Of a stretch of 32,440 nt of DNA, positions 1 to 9,826 are shown piece by piece. Origin of the DNA: Promethearchaeota archaeon (GTDB lineage: Archaea > Asgardarchaeota > Lokiarchaeia > Sigyniarchaeales > SOKP01); NCBI GenBank assembly GCA_018238625.1, contig JABCSY010000045.1, positions 1-32,440 on the forward strand. The letters are read 5' to 3'. Every line of letters starts with the position of its first letter. Position 1 is the first letter of the stretch. Below the pieces are notes generated by a model that saw only the letters and a list, made by a program, of their open reading frames with translations, searched no databases and was not told where the DNA came from. Position numbers and translations under genes: made by a program.

Positions 1-68
1 AATGGTACTGAAAGAATAACAAGAATTCCAGAAGCCGGTACAGCGTAATAGGAAATGTACTTAATGAA

Positions 69-557
69 CTGGTAAATACTTTCATCAATATTTATATTAT
101 CCTTTGGACCCGAAGGTATCATATGACGCAACCGTTTCAGGGCTTCACCTATCATCGCCTGTGTAAGGGGGCCTTCACCGGAATAATCTTTGTACCTTCT
201 TTCCATGGCCACTTTTACGGCGGATTTATTTCTCGACACTCCTCCAACGCGCATGCCTCCGGGATGATATCCCGAATGGCCTACAGGAGAGGTTCCTCCG
301 GTTCCGATCCATTTGTTGCCCCCGTCATGACGCTCGGTCTGTTCTTTAAGCCGCTCTTTAAAGTATTCAATAAGTTCTTCCGGCGTCAGTTTATTCAACT
401 CCGATTCGTCAATTCCAAGCGCATCAGCAAGCATTTTCGGGTTTTGCAACCATTCTTCAAGCATGGTTCGAGCCATTTCATCGAGTTCTGCTCCCTCTAC
501 AACAGGAATTTCCACGCCTTCAAAATGATATGCAAAAACCTGATCAAAAAGATCAAA
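69..557 (-). pseudogene. Internal fragment of a bacterial CoxE-like/vWA-associated protein (COG3825-type), truncated at both ends
   Basis: Manual minus-strand translation (not in the ORF track): FDLFDQVFAYHFEG...ERLKEQTERHDGGNKWIGTGGTSPVGHSGYHPGGMRVGGVSRNKSAVKVAMERRYKDY...NIDESIYQ. The HDGGxKWIGTGGTSP motif is typical of this family. The segment is visibly GC-richer than the rest of the window. Confidence 0.8.
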
Positions 558-559
558 CT

Positions 560-673
560 CTAAGCGATGAGGATTTAAGGGAATTATATGAAAAAGACAC
601 CGGAAAAAACGCAGAGTGGCGAGGTAAGCTCACAAAAGGATATTTAGAATGGAAAAAAGAAAAATTAGGATAG
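560..673 (+). CDS. 3' end of an archaeal gene, by position probably the tail of RNA polymerase subunit A' (Rpo1N); 5' part missing
   Basis: Reads LSDEDLRELYEKDTGKNAEWRGKLTKGYLEWKKEKLG-stop in AT-rich codon style, ending 29 nt before rpoA2. The identity rests on synteny only. Confidence 0.4.
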   Translation, partial: LSDEDLRELYEKDTGKNAEWRGKLTKGYLEWKKEKLG

Positions 674-681
674 ACTTTTAA

Positions 682-1905
<1,224 letters not shown>

Positions 1906-1984
1906 CGAAAAAATTTTATATTATTGTGAATTAATTTTATTACTTTATTATTGATAACTAAAACGAATACAATTTGTAAAGACG

Positions 1985-2362
1985 ATGGCAAGGAAAAGCA
2001 AAAAGATGGTCGAATCACTCGATTTATCTCGAAAGAAAGTTAAGGTATTTGATGTCGATACGAATATTAAAGTTGCATATAAAACAGGTAAATTGATATT
2101 TGGTAAATCGCAAGTTCTTAGTCAACTAAGGCAAAAACCCTTTAAGATGCTTATCCTCGCAAACAACTGTCCGGCCGAATTGGACGCTCAATTAAGTTAT
2201 TATAACTCTCTTATGAACGATAATCTCTTCGTCCACAGATATCATGGCTCTTCGTGGGAGTTAGGTATAGCAATGGGCAAACCTTATATGATCTCTATTG
2301 TTGGAGTCAACGATTTTGGAGATTCCGACTTATTATCTTTAAAAACCAAAAGTAATCAATAA
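1985..2362 (+). CDS. rpl30e: 50S ribosomal protein L30e
   Basis: KTGKLIFG, LILANNCP, GSSWELGIAMGKPY; canonical position between rpoA2 and nusA. Confidence 0.95.
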   Translation: MARKSKKMVESLDLSRKKVKVFDVDTNIKVAYKTGKLIFGKSQVLSQLRQKPFKMLILANNCPAELDAQLSYYNSLMNDNLFVHRYHGSSWELGIAMGKPYMISIVGVNDFGDSDLLSLKTKSNQ

Positions 2363-2381
2363 ATACGTGGAATAAAAAAAT

Positions 2382-2855
2382 ATGTTACGCAAAAGGATTA
2401 AGCTCGACCGTCAATCAATGGAATTAATTTCGCTGTTTAATAATATCTCCGGTGCGATTATTAAAGATTGTTTATTCTTTGAATCCCCAGAAAATAATAC
2501 TGAGATAATCATTTTCTTAGTTAAAAAAGAAGATGTAGGGAAAGCAATTGGTAAAGCTGGAGAACACGTGAAGGACCTCATGGCTAAACTTCAAAAAAAG
2601 ATCGATGTTATCCCTTGGTCAGAAAATCTAGAGCAATTTATTCAATTTATTTTAAATACTACTAAGAATTCAATTCAAGTTCAAAATATTGAAATTAAGG
2701 CAAGTAGAAACGAAAAGAAAACCGTGATTATTTCCGTACGACCTCAAGATCGTGGAAAAGCAATAGGTAAAGAAGGTTCTATGATAAGGAAAATTAAATT
2801 ACTTGTTTTACGCCACTTTGAGGTTGATAACGTAATAATCAACACAAAAAATTAA
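2382..2855 (+). CDS. nusA: Archaeal NusA-like transcription factor (two KH domains)
   Basis: Two GKAIGKxG KH motifs; conserved position in the rpo-str cluster. Confidence 0.95.
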   Translation: MLRKRIKLDRQSMELISLFNNISGAIIKDCLFFESPENNTEIIIFLVKKEDVGKAIGKAGEHVKDLMAKLQKKIDVIPWSENLEQFIQFILNTTKNSIQVQNIEIKASRNEKKTVIISVRPQDRGKAIGKEGSMIRKIKLLVLRHFEVDNVIINTKN

Positions 2856-2956
2856 ATACCTAATTCTCTAAATTCAAAAATTTTAAGTTTAAAGAGATAT
2901 TTAAATCATATAATAAATAAATAAGAACAAATATAAAATTTATAAGGTATCTCTCA

Positions 2957-3391
2957 ATGGGAAAAACCAAAGGATTGTATGCAGCTCGTAAGTTGAAAAT
3001 GAATCGTAAGAAATTTCGATGGAGCAAAACAAAGTATAAAAGAACGAAGCTTAAATTAAAACAGAAAGTTGATCCCATGGAAGGGGCACCACAGGCGCTC
3101 GGTATCGTGTTACAAAAAGTAGGACGAGAAAGCAAACAACCTAACTCTGCTATTCGAAAGTGCGTACGCGTTCAGTTAAAAAAGAATGGCAAAACTATAA
3201 CTGCTTTTCTTCCTGGAGATGGCGCTCTGAACTTCATTGACGAACATGATAGGGTGATTGTTGAGGGCATTGGAGGCGCTAAAGGTCGAGCAGTAGGCGA
3301 TCTCCCCGGTGTAAGATGGCGGGTTGTGAAAGTAAACGGCGTATCACTTCATGCCTTGATTGCTGGTAAAGTGGAAAAACCAATGAGATAA
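2957..3391 (+). CDS. rps12: 30S ribosomal protein S12 (uS12)
   Basis: [15 protein letters not shown] and GDLPGVRW motifs. Confidence 0.99.
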   Translation: MGKTKGLYAARKLKMNRKKFRWSKTKYKRTKLKLKQKVDPMEGAPQALGIVLQKVGRESKQPNSAIRKCVRVQLKKNGKTITAFLPGDGALNFIDEHDRVIVEGIGGAKGRAVGDLPGVRWRVVKVNGVSLHALIAGKVEKPMR

Positions 3392-3410
3392 TTTTCAGCA
3401 AGTGAAGATA

Positions 3411-4028
3411 ATGAGTAAAACAAAAAAAGACATTAAATTATTTAATAAATGGTCGTTTAACAACGTTGAAATTAAAGATTGGACCCTTGAACATTACATA
3501 AACTTAAGACCTGTTATCATTCCGCACACTGCGGGAAAGCACGAACATAAGCGTTTTTGGAAAACTACTAAAATTTCCATTGTCGAACGATTTGTTAACA
3601 GATTACTAGCACCTGGATTCATTGGTGGTAAAATTAAAGGACATAAGAGCTCGTACGGTTCAGGAAAAAAGAGTAAACTATTAAGGAGTTTAGAAGATGC
3701 GTTCACTTTGATAGAGTTGAATACAGGAGTGAATCCTATCCAAATTTTAATTGAAGCGATTTGCAATACGGCTCCAAGAGAAGAAACGACAAAGATTGCT
3801 CGAGGTGGGATCTCTTACGCGTCTGCTGTTGATATATCGCCACAGCGCCGAGTAGATTTAGCAATTAAATATTTAGTACAAGCTATTGGTGTAAGATCTC
3901 ACTCAAACGAACGACAATTTGCAGCGAATTTAGCTCAAGAATTAATATTAGCTTCGAAAGATAGCCAAGAATCAAGAGCCGTAAAAAGAAAAGACGAAAT
4001 TGAAAGGATAGCAGTATCAGCACGCTAA
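3411..4028 (+). CDS. rps7: 30S ribosomal protein S7 (uS7)
   Basis: KLFNKWS, NPIQIL..AI.NTAPREET, AVDISPQRRVDLA, ERIAVSAR; ATG 3411 preferred over GTG 3402. Confidence 0.98.
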   Translation: MSKTKKDIKLFNKWSFNNVEIKDWTLEHYINLRPVIIPHTAGKHEHKRFWKTTKISIVERFVNRLLAPGFIGGKIKGHKSSYGSGKKSKLLRSLEDAFTLIELNTGVNPIQILIEAICNTAPREETTKIARGGISYASAVDISPQRRVDLAIKYLVQAIGVRSHSNERQFAANLAQELILASKDSQESRAVKRKDEIERIAVSAR

Positions 4029-4308
4029 AAAGCCTTCAATTTGAAAACTTATTTTGTACTCTTTTTATTATTTATTACATACTTAATTTCAATAAAATCG
4101 TTTCTCTTTGTATTATAATTGCTATAAATCCTCTTTAAAGAGTCAGAACAAGAAATTCTTTTTGAAAATTAAAATCTGTATAATATTTTATCACCTACAT
4201 AATATCTATTCTCGTTTTGGTCTGTAAAATTCCTAATTATTATATACCTCTTAAGTATAATATTTAATTAAGCAGAAATAATGATATTCAAGATTTACTG
4301 AACTTAAA

Positions 4309-6327
4309 GTGGATTCCGACAAAAATATTGATGTTTTAGAGAAACAGCTAAAGATACTAAGTCAAAAAATAAGAATTGACATTTTGAAAAAATTAAATGT
4401 CAGTCGTAATCCTTTATCTTATTCAAGGCTTCAAAAAGAAGTTTTAGGTGCAAATCCAAACTCAGTTAACTTCTCTTTTCATTTAAAAGCGCTAAAAAAG
4501 GGTAATTTAATATCAACTTCCGAGAGCGGTTATACTTTAAGCACATTAGGGAAACAAATTTTAAAAACTATTGTATCAATGGAACAAATCCTCAACGATC
4601 AAAACGTACCAATTATGATAAGGACTTCAAAATACTCGAAAGAGCCTTTTAATGCAAATAAAATCGAAGATTACTTGATTAAGGAAGGACAATTGGAGAA
4701 AATTCTTGCAAAACAAATTTCAAAGGAAGTAAAAGAGCGCCTTTCTAAAGCCAAAATTGGTTACTTAACAACACCCTTAATGAGGGAATATATTAACGCA
4801 ATTCTATTAGAAAATGGATTAGAAGAAATAAGGCACAAATTAACTCGATTAGGGACTCCCCCTTTCGAAGCTTTTAGTTTTTTTGACAGAAGCTTCAACC
4901 CCGATCAGTTTATCTCTAAGTTAGGATCCGATGTGTCTGAGCAATTTCTTCTGTTAAATTTGCTCCCTAAAAACTTAGCGGACCTATATTTATCAGGAGA
5001 GATAGCTTTGTTAAACTTAAATTATTGGAGTTTAAGACCCTTAGGCTTCTATCTTGACTCAAAATCGATCGTAGAGTTTATCACCAAGCAATCGTCGATT
5101 AATCTTAATAAACTAGATAAAAATAGAGACTTAATTAATTTAGTAATGAATTTTTTTGATTTTTTAACGAAATTCAAACCCTATTTTTCTGAAGATATCT
5201 TGTTAGGTAATTTTAATAGTTCTTTTTTATCTTATTTTAATTCTAACAAAAATTCATCTTCAAATATTCTTAATATTATAACTTCCCAAATTTTAAAACT
5301 CAGTAATAGACAATACGACGAGAAACCTCACCTTTCTTTAGAACTCTCCTTTTTGAATAATATTAAACAGAATAATGCAGAAAATTCGAAAACTCAATTT
5401 GACAACGACTTTTTAAAAAGTTTAATGTATCAAATTAGCCTAAATAATGATCTCATATGTCCTCTAATGCTATACGATTATTCCGACTTTCTTAGCTCTA
5501 TAAGCGAGTATGATAATTTAATAAAAAATCTCACTTCAAGTTATCGCAACAATGTTATTTTCTATAAGAACAATCATTCAAACTTACTCAATTCAACGCT
5601 TACAAATGTCCACAAGCTCAATAAAAACGACGAAGAAAGAAATAAAATCGTTTTAGATAAAGTTCTGATAAATTTACATATGATTGCTCAAAAATCTAAT
5701 CAAATAGATGATGTTTTTTTCGAAAGTTTACACGAAAAAATAGATTCTGTGTTTGAATTCTTTGTTAATAAAAAAAAATTAGTAGTTCGAAAATTAAAAT
5801 CTTCAATTCATTGGAAGAAAATAATTTCCGAATTTTTTGAGCCGAAAAATGGTGATTGGACTGACGAGGCTTTAAAATCCATTAGTTTTTTTGGCTTAAA
5901 TGAAGCTGTAAAAACGCATTGTGGTATTGAAATAGATAGGAACATAAATAGCGAGATTTTTGCCAAAAAAGTATTAAATTTTATGATAGATATTATTGAC
6001 GAAAATAATCAACGAGAGCATGGAAACTATGTTTTTACTCAACCTCATAACGACAATTACCTATTTAACAAAGGATATAATAGTAAACTTAGTTTGGGAG
6101 ATGATATTAAACGTTACAACATAGAATTGATTAGAACTGATTCAAGATTATCGCTCGAGAGAAAAATTGAACTTCATAAGAAATTCGAAAAAATTCTAAA
6201 CGGAGGGAGCATCTTTACGTGTAATTTAAATGACTTACATTTGCTTGAACTTATAGAGATTTTAATAAATTCAAAATTAAACGCGTTTTCAATTAGAACT
6301 GAAAAAGAAGCGTTTACTACGAATTAG
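4309..6327 (+). CDS. Winged-HTH (ArsR-like) + ATP-cone + degenerate class III ribonucleotide reductase (NrdD-like) fusion; probable nucleotide-sensing regulator
   Basis: wHTH (KIRIDILKKL...FSFHLKALKKGNLI...GYTLSTLG); ATP cone (IRTSKYSKEPFNANKI...LTTPLMREYINAILLENGL..RLG); NrdD-like blocks (LLPKNLADLYLSGEI, INLHMIA, SISFFGLNEAV, LNGGSI); no C-terminal Zn ribbon or RxxGY motif. Confidence 0.8.
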   Translation: MDSDKNIDVLEKQLKILSQKIRIDILKKLNVSRNPLSYSRLQKEVLGANPNSVNFSFHLKALKKGNLISTSESGYTLSTLGKQILKTIVSMEQILNDQNVPIMIRTSKYSKEPFNANKIEDYLIKEGQLEKILAKQISKEVKERLSKAKIGYLTTPLMREYINAILLENGLEEIRHKLTRLGTPPFEAFSFFDRSFNPDQFISKLGSDVSEQFLLLNLLPKNLADLYLSGEIALLNLNYWSLRPLGFYLDSKSIVEFITKQSSINLNKLDKNRDLINLVMNFFDFLTKFKPYFSEDILLGNFNSSFLSYFNSNKNSSSNILNIITSQILKLSNRQYDEKPHLSLELSFLNNIKQNNAENSKTQFDNDFLKSLMYQISLNNDLICPLMLYDYSDFLSSISEYDNLIKNLTSSYRNNVIFYKNNHSNLLNSTLTNVHKLNKNDEERNKIVLDKVLINLHMIAQKSNQIDDVFFESLHEKIDSVFEFFVNKKKLVVRKLKSSIHWKKIISEFFEPKNGDWTDEALKSISFFGLNEAVKTHCGIEIDRNINSEIFAKKVLNFMIDIIDENNQREHGNYVFTQPHNDNYLFNKGYNSKLSLGDDIKRYNIELIRTDSRLSLERKIELHKKFEKILNGGSIFTCNLNDLHLLELIEILINSKLNAFSIRTEKEAFTTN

Positions 6328-7247
6328 TCTGCTAAAAGTTCTGCTAAAATCGCCTTTCTCATAGGGATTCCATAGTAAGTTTGTTTGAAGTAAATTGCTT
6401 TTGGTGAATCATCAATATCAGGAGAAATTTCTGTAACTCTGGGTAGAGGATGCATAATTTTAAAATCGTCTTTAGTTTCCTTTAAATCTTTTTTTGTAAA
6501 TACATATATATTTTTAACTCTATCGTATTCTTCAACGTCAGCAAACCTCTCTTTCTGAATTCTAGTAATGTAGAGAACATCCAAAACATTTAAGATATCT
6601 CGATATTTTTCAATTTCTTTATATTTTGCATGTCGTTGCCGTAAGAAATCCTTGTCTCTTTTTCGCATCATTAGCTCTTTAGGACTTATAAAATAGATAT
6701 TTACATCATAATTTGAAAGTAATATCGACAGAGAATGAACTGTCCTTCCGAATTTTAGGTCGCCCATTATCCCAATATTTAAACCGTCTAACTTACGGCC
6801 CTCTTCTGTAATCGTTAATAAATCTAACAAAGCTTGAGTTGGGTGCTCACCGCTCCCTGATCCCGCGTTTATAATTGGTATTTTTGCAAATTTTGAGGCA
6901 AGTCTTGCTGCTCCTTCTAAATTATGTCTCATGACAATACCATCGCAATAATTTTCTACGGTTCGAATGGTGTCTGCGATGCTTTCTCCTTTCTTTGTAG
7001 AAGAGACATCACCAGAATGGAAGCCTATTACGCTCCCCCCTAATCGATGCATTGCTGATTCAAAGCTTAAACGAGTTCTAGTTGAGGGTTCAAAAAATAA
7101 AGTCGCTAAAATTTTGCCCTTAAGGAGTTCTGAATTCTTCTTATTATGAATCATTTCCTTGGCTTTTTTTAAGATGTGATCGATATCTTCTCGCGAAAAA
7201 TCTTTTGCGGATATGATTCCTTCCCTAAATTTCTCTTTGAATGACAT
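6324..7247 (-). CDS. pyrB: Aspartate carbamoyltransferase catalytic subunit
   Basis: FFEPSTRTRLSFE, HPTQALLD, GDLKFGRTVHSL, RIQKER, MHPLPR; ATG 7247 preferred over TTG 7259. Confidence 0.98.
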   Translation of the reverse strand: MSFKEKFREGIISAKDFSREDIDHILKKAKEMIHNKKNSELLKGKILATLFFEPSTRTRLSFESAMHRLGGSVIGFHSGDVSSTKKGESIADTIRTVENYCDGIVMRHNLEGAARLASKFAKIPIINAGSGSGEHPTQALLDLLTITEEGRKLDGLNIGIMGDLKFGRTVHSLSILLSNYDVNIYFISPKELMMRKRDKDFLRQRHAKYKEIEKYRDILNVLDVLYITRIQKERFADVEEYDRVKNIYVFTKKDLKETKDDFKIMHPLPRVTEISPDIDDSPKAIYFKQTYYGIPMRKAILAELLAD

Positions 7248-7396
7248 AATTCTTAACAAAAGTTTTAATAAAATTAGGTTATTACTACTTAAATTATTTT
7301 TTATCTATTTCTTTAAAAGAGTTATACAGAACTAATAAAATTTAAAATTTATAAATAATTAATTAGTTTAATTAAAAATTTGTAGTTGTTTGAAAA

Positions 7397-7678
7397 ATGA
7401 AATTTCCACGTACGATAAATCGGTATTGCCCAAATTGTCGCGCTCATAAAAAGCACAACGTGACGCTCTATAAGAAAGGGAAGGAAAGAGCGATGAACCA
7501 TGGACGAAGACGCTTAGAAAGAAAGAAGAAAGGCTACGGTAGCTTTCCAAAAGAAATCTTCCATAAGAATGCTAAAATGAATAAAAGATCTCTGCCAATA
7601 TTAGAATGTTCTGAATGTGGTAAAAAGCATTATTCAAAATCATACCGAGTAAAAAAATTCGAATTACAAGAAGTATAA
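7397..7678 (+). CDS. rpl44e: 50S ribosomal protein L44e (eL42)
   Basis: RYCPNCRAHKKH...KGYG...LECSECGK zinc ribbon. Confidence 0.96.
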   Translation: MKFPRTINRYCPNCRAHKKHNVTLYKKGKERAMNHGRRRLERKKKGYGSFPKEIFHKNAKMNKRSLPILECSECGKKHYSKSYRVKKFELQEV

Positions 7679-7692
7679 AACTGTGAGAAATT

Positions 7693-7899
7693 ATGCCAAA
7701 GAAAAAAAGACCAGATGATTTAATTCCCTATCCAAAAAGTAGGTTTTTACGCGTTAAATGTTTAAATTGTGGCAATCAACAAATAATTTTTGGGTGTTCT
7801 GCTACAGATGTGGAATGTTTAGTATGTGGAAAAACATTGCTTCAATCTACTGGTGGTAAAGCACGAATTCTAACGAAGATTTTAGAAGTGCTTTCCTAA
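7693..7899 (+). CDS. rps27e: 30S ribosomal protein S27e
   Basis: [20 protein letters not shown]...CLVCG...TGGKA. Confidence 0.97.
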   Translation: MPKKKRPDDLIPYPKSRFLRVKCLNCGNQQIIFGCSATDVECLVCGKTLLQSTGGKARILTKILEVLS

Positions 7900-8015
7900 A
7901 TAAGACTAATTCAATAATCTCTTTTTATAGATCTATCCGTTCCTTTAAAAATATTCAATAGAAAATATTTTATTTTAATTTCTATTTTCATCAATAAAAC
8001 ATAAGGTATATTAAA

Positions 8016-8972
8016 ATGATTAAGATTTTTAGCGAAAAATTTGACGAGGATATCGAAATTGGTGAATTAGCTAATTTCATTTACAGAGTAAGAAAAGATA
8101 ATAATTTCTTAGGAGATCAAACGATAGAATCAATAAAAGAAGAGCTAATAGAAACAAGGAATTCGTATGATTTTCTCCTATTTTATGCCTATATTAATGC
8201 TAAGTTAGTAGGATTACTTCTCTTAAATATAAACACTCCTGGATTTGGATTTATTTGGGATTGGTATCCATATGTGGTAGCAGGACCTAAAGAAGATTTA
8301 GTAGCAATTGAATTATTAAAGAAGTGTATCGAATATACTGGTAGAGATATTGATAGATTCGAAGTCGCTTTTACAATTGAGACAGAACAAGATAAGACGC
8401 GATATATTCAACATTCTAAATGGTTTGAAGCATTAAATTTTTATCTAATCGCAGAAGAAGCAGTTATGGAATTAACTCTGGAAAATATAGAATTTAAACC
8501 TCTTCCCTTTCCTGAAAATATTGATCTTAAATCAATTAAAGATGCTGATTTGAACGATTTAGTCGATTGTGCCTATGAAGTATTTAACACGAGCCAAGAT
8601 ACAATATTTCTCGATCTTGATGAAGTACAGAAACAAGTTATGGTAAATAAGTATTTTGATACTTCTAAAAAACCTATTTTTGAAGACGCTTCAATAATCC
8701 TAATGAAGGGTAGAGAAGTTATAGGATTTGTAGTTGTAAATCCTGATGGTAACGAAGCGGAAATAAGATCGTTTGGAATTAAACCTAAATATAGAAATAA
8801 AGGATTAGGAAAGAACCTATTAGTACTGAGTTTAAACATATTAATGAAAAATGGCTTTAAAGTGGTTTTATTAGATGTTACTTTAGATAATAAACCTGCC
8901 ATTGGAGTTTATTCAAAATTGGGCTTTAAAATATCATCTACATCTAATTTATATGGATTAACCTGTGATTAA
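8016..8972 (+). CDS. GNAT family N-acetyltransferase (probably two GNAT domains)
   Basis: C-terminal motif A GIKPKYRNKGLGKNL and motif B NKPAIGVYSKLGF; length fits two GNAT folds. Confidence 0.88.
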   Translation: MIKIFSEKFDEDIEIGELANFIYRVRKDNNFLGDQTIESIKEELIETRNSYDFLLFYAYINAKLVGLLLLNINTPGFGFIWDWYPYVVAGPKEDLVAIELLKKCIEYTGRDIDRFEVAFTIETEQDKTRYIQHSKWFEALNFYLIAEEAVMELTLENIEFKPLPFPENIDLKSIKDADLNDLVDCAYEVFNTSQDTIFLDLDEVQKQVMVNKYFDTSKKPIFEDASIILMKGREVIGFVVVNPDGNEAEIRSFGIKPKYRNKGLGKNLLVLSLNILMKNGFKVVLLDVTLDNKPAIGVYSKLGFKISSTSNLYGLTCD

Positions 8973-8987
8973 CATTAAAACTTTTCA

Positions 8988-9009
8988 TCGTGAAACCACT
9001 CTTTCACGA
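8988..9009. repeat. 8-bp perfect inverted repeat (hairpin or binding site) just after the GNAT gene
   Basis: TCGTGAAA-ccactc-TTTCACGA. Confidence 0.5.
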
Positions 9010-9185
9010 AGATCATTATATTTAGAGCCAAAATAAATCTAATATTTTCAAATAATTATCAGATTTAATTTCATTTCAATAAATCCAATTTCATGCTCGG
9101 TATCAACCAAGCCAATTGTTCGTACAGACATATTGAAAAATTCGATCTTGAAAGTATCTGAAATCTATAAAACAAAAATTGATTT

Positions 9186-9245
9186 CCAAAAATTTATATA
9201 CTGTGAGTAACTTAGTATTCATAAAGTAGTATAAAATGAATACTA
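9186..9245 (+). promoter_or_regulatory. Putative BRE/TATA box followed by a palindromic operator, likely the PadR autoregulatory site
   Basis: CCAAAAATTTATATA at 9186-9200; TAGTATTCAT-N13-ATGAATACTA at 9213-9245, which includes TAGTAT-N7-ATACTA at 9227-9245. Confidence 0.65.
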
Positions 9246-9285
9246 TTCTTGCACTAAAAATTCTAAGAAAAAACAGAGATGAGAT

Positions 9286-9822
9286 ATGTATATGATAAGA
9301 AGAGTTAAGGAATTTGGCACACAAGCTTTAATCGCATCGCAAGAAATCAGAGATTACATAGAAAAGTTTGAAAGCGAAATAAATCGTGGAATCAGTACAT
9401 TATGCATCCTGGCAATAATTGATAGAGCTGAAAATGGAAAGATTCATGGATACGCAATTTTAAAGAATCTTGAAGAGGAGACTAATGAAATGATGGTTAT
9501 AGAAGAAGGTACCTTGTATCCTTTGTTAAGAAAACTCGAAAATAACGGGATACTTAAATCTGAGAAGAAGATCGTGGATAACCGAATGAGAAAGGTATAT
9601 TCGATCACTGAACGCGGAGATAAAATATATAACCATTTATCGGGGTTCTATAGCAAGTTAACAGAGGCTATTTCTCCATTGCTAGATATTAATGTTCGCT
9701 TGAAGGATCATTATTTATATTGCCCAAACTGCGCTAATAAAATCGATTTAAACGAAAATGAGATACAATTTTGCGATATGTGTGGATTAAATGTACAAGA
9801 ATTAAGAGAAAGGAGGTTATGA
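9286..9822 (+). CDS. PadR family transcriptional regulator with C-terminal zinc ribbon
   Basis: HGYAIL, EEGTLYPLLRKLE..G, RKVYSITERG; C-terminal CPNC...CDMC. Confidence 0.92.
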   Translation: MYMIRRVKEFGTQALIASQEIRDYIEKFESEINRGISTLCILAIIDRAENGKIHGYAILKNLEEETNEMMVIEEGTLYPLLRKLENNGILKSEKKIVDNRMRKVYSITERGDKIYNHLSGFYSKLTEAISPLLDINVRLKDHYLYCPNCANKIDLNENEIQFCDMCGLNVQELRERRL

Positions 9823-9826
9823 TAAA

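Noticed and set aside
123-563. 146-aa plus-strand ORF in the track
   Set aside because: It is the antisense shadow of the minus-strand COG3825-type fragment and has no recognisable motifs.
4309-6327. Annotation as an active anaerobic ribonucleotide reductase (nrdD)
   Set aside because: It lacks the glycyl-radical RxxGY loop, the Zn ribbon and the expected catalytic cysteines, and no activase gene is adjacent.
8985-9131. Possible decayed minus-strand ORF (MSVRTIGLVDTEHEIGFIEMKLNLIII, then stops)
   Set aside because: Too short, interrupted, and not assignable to any family.
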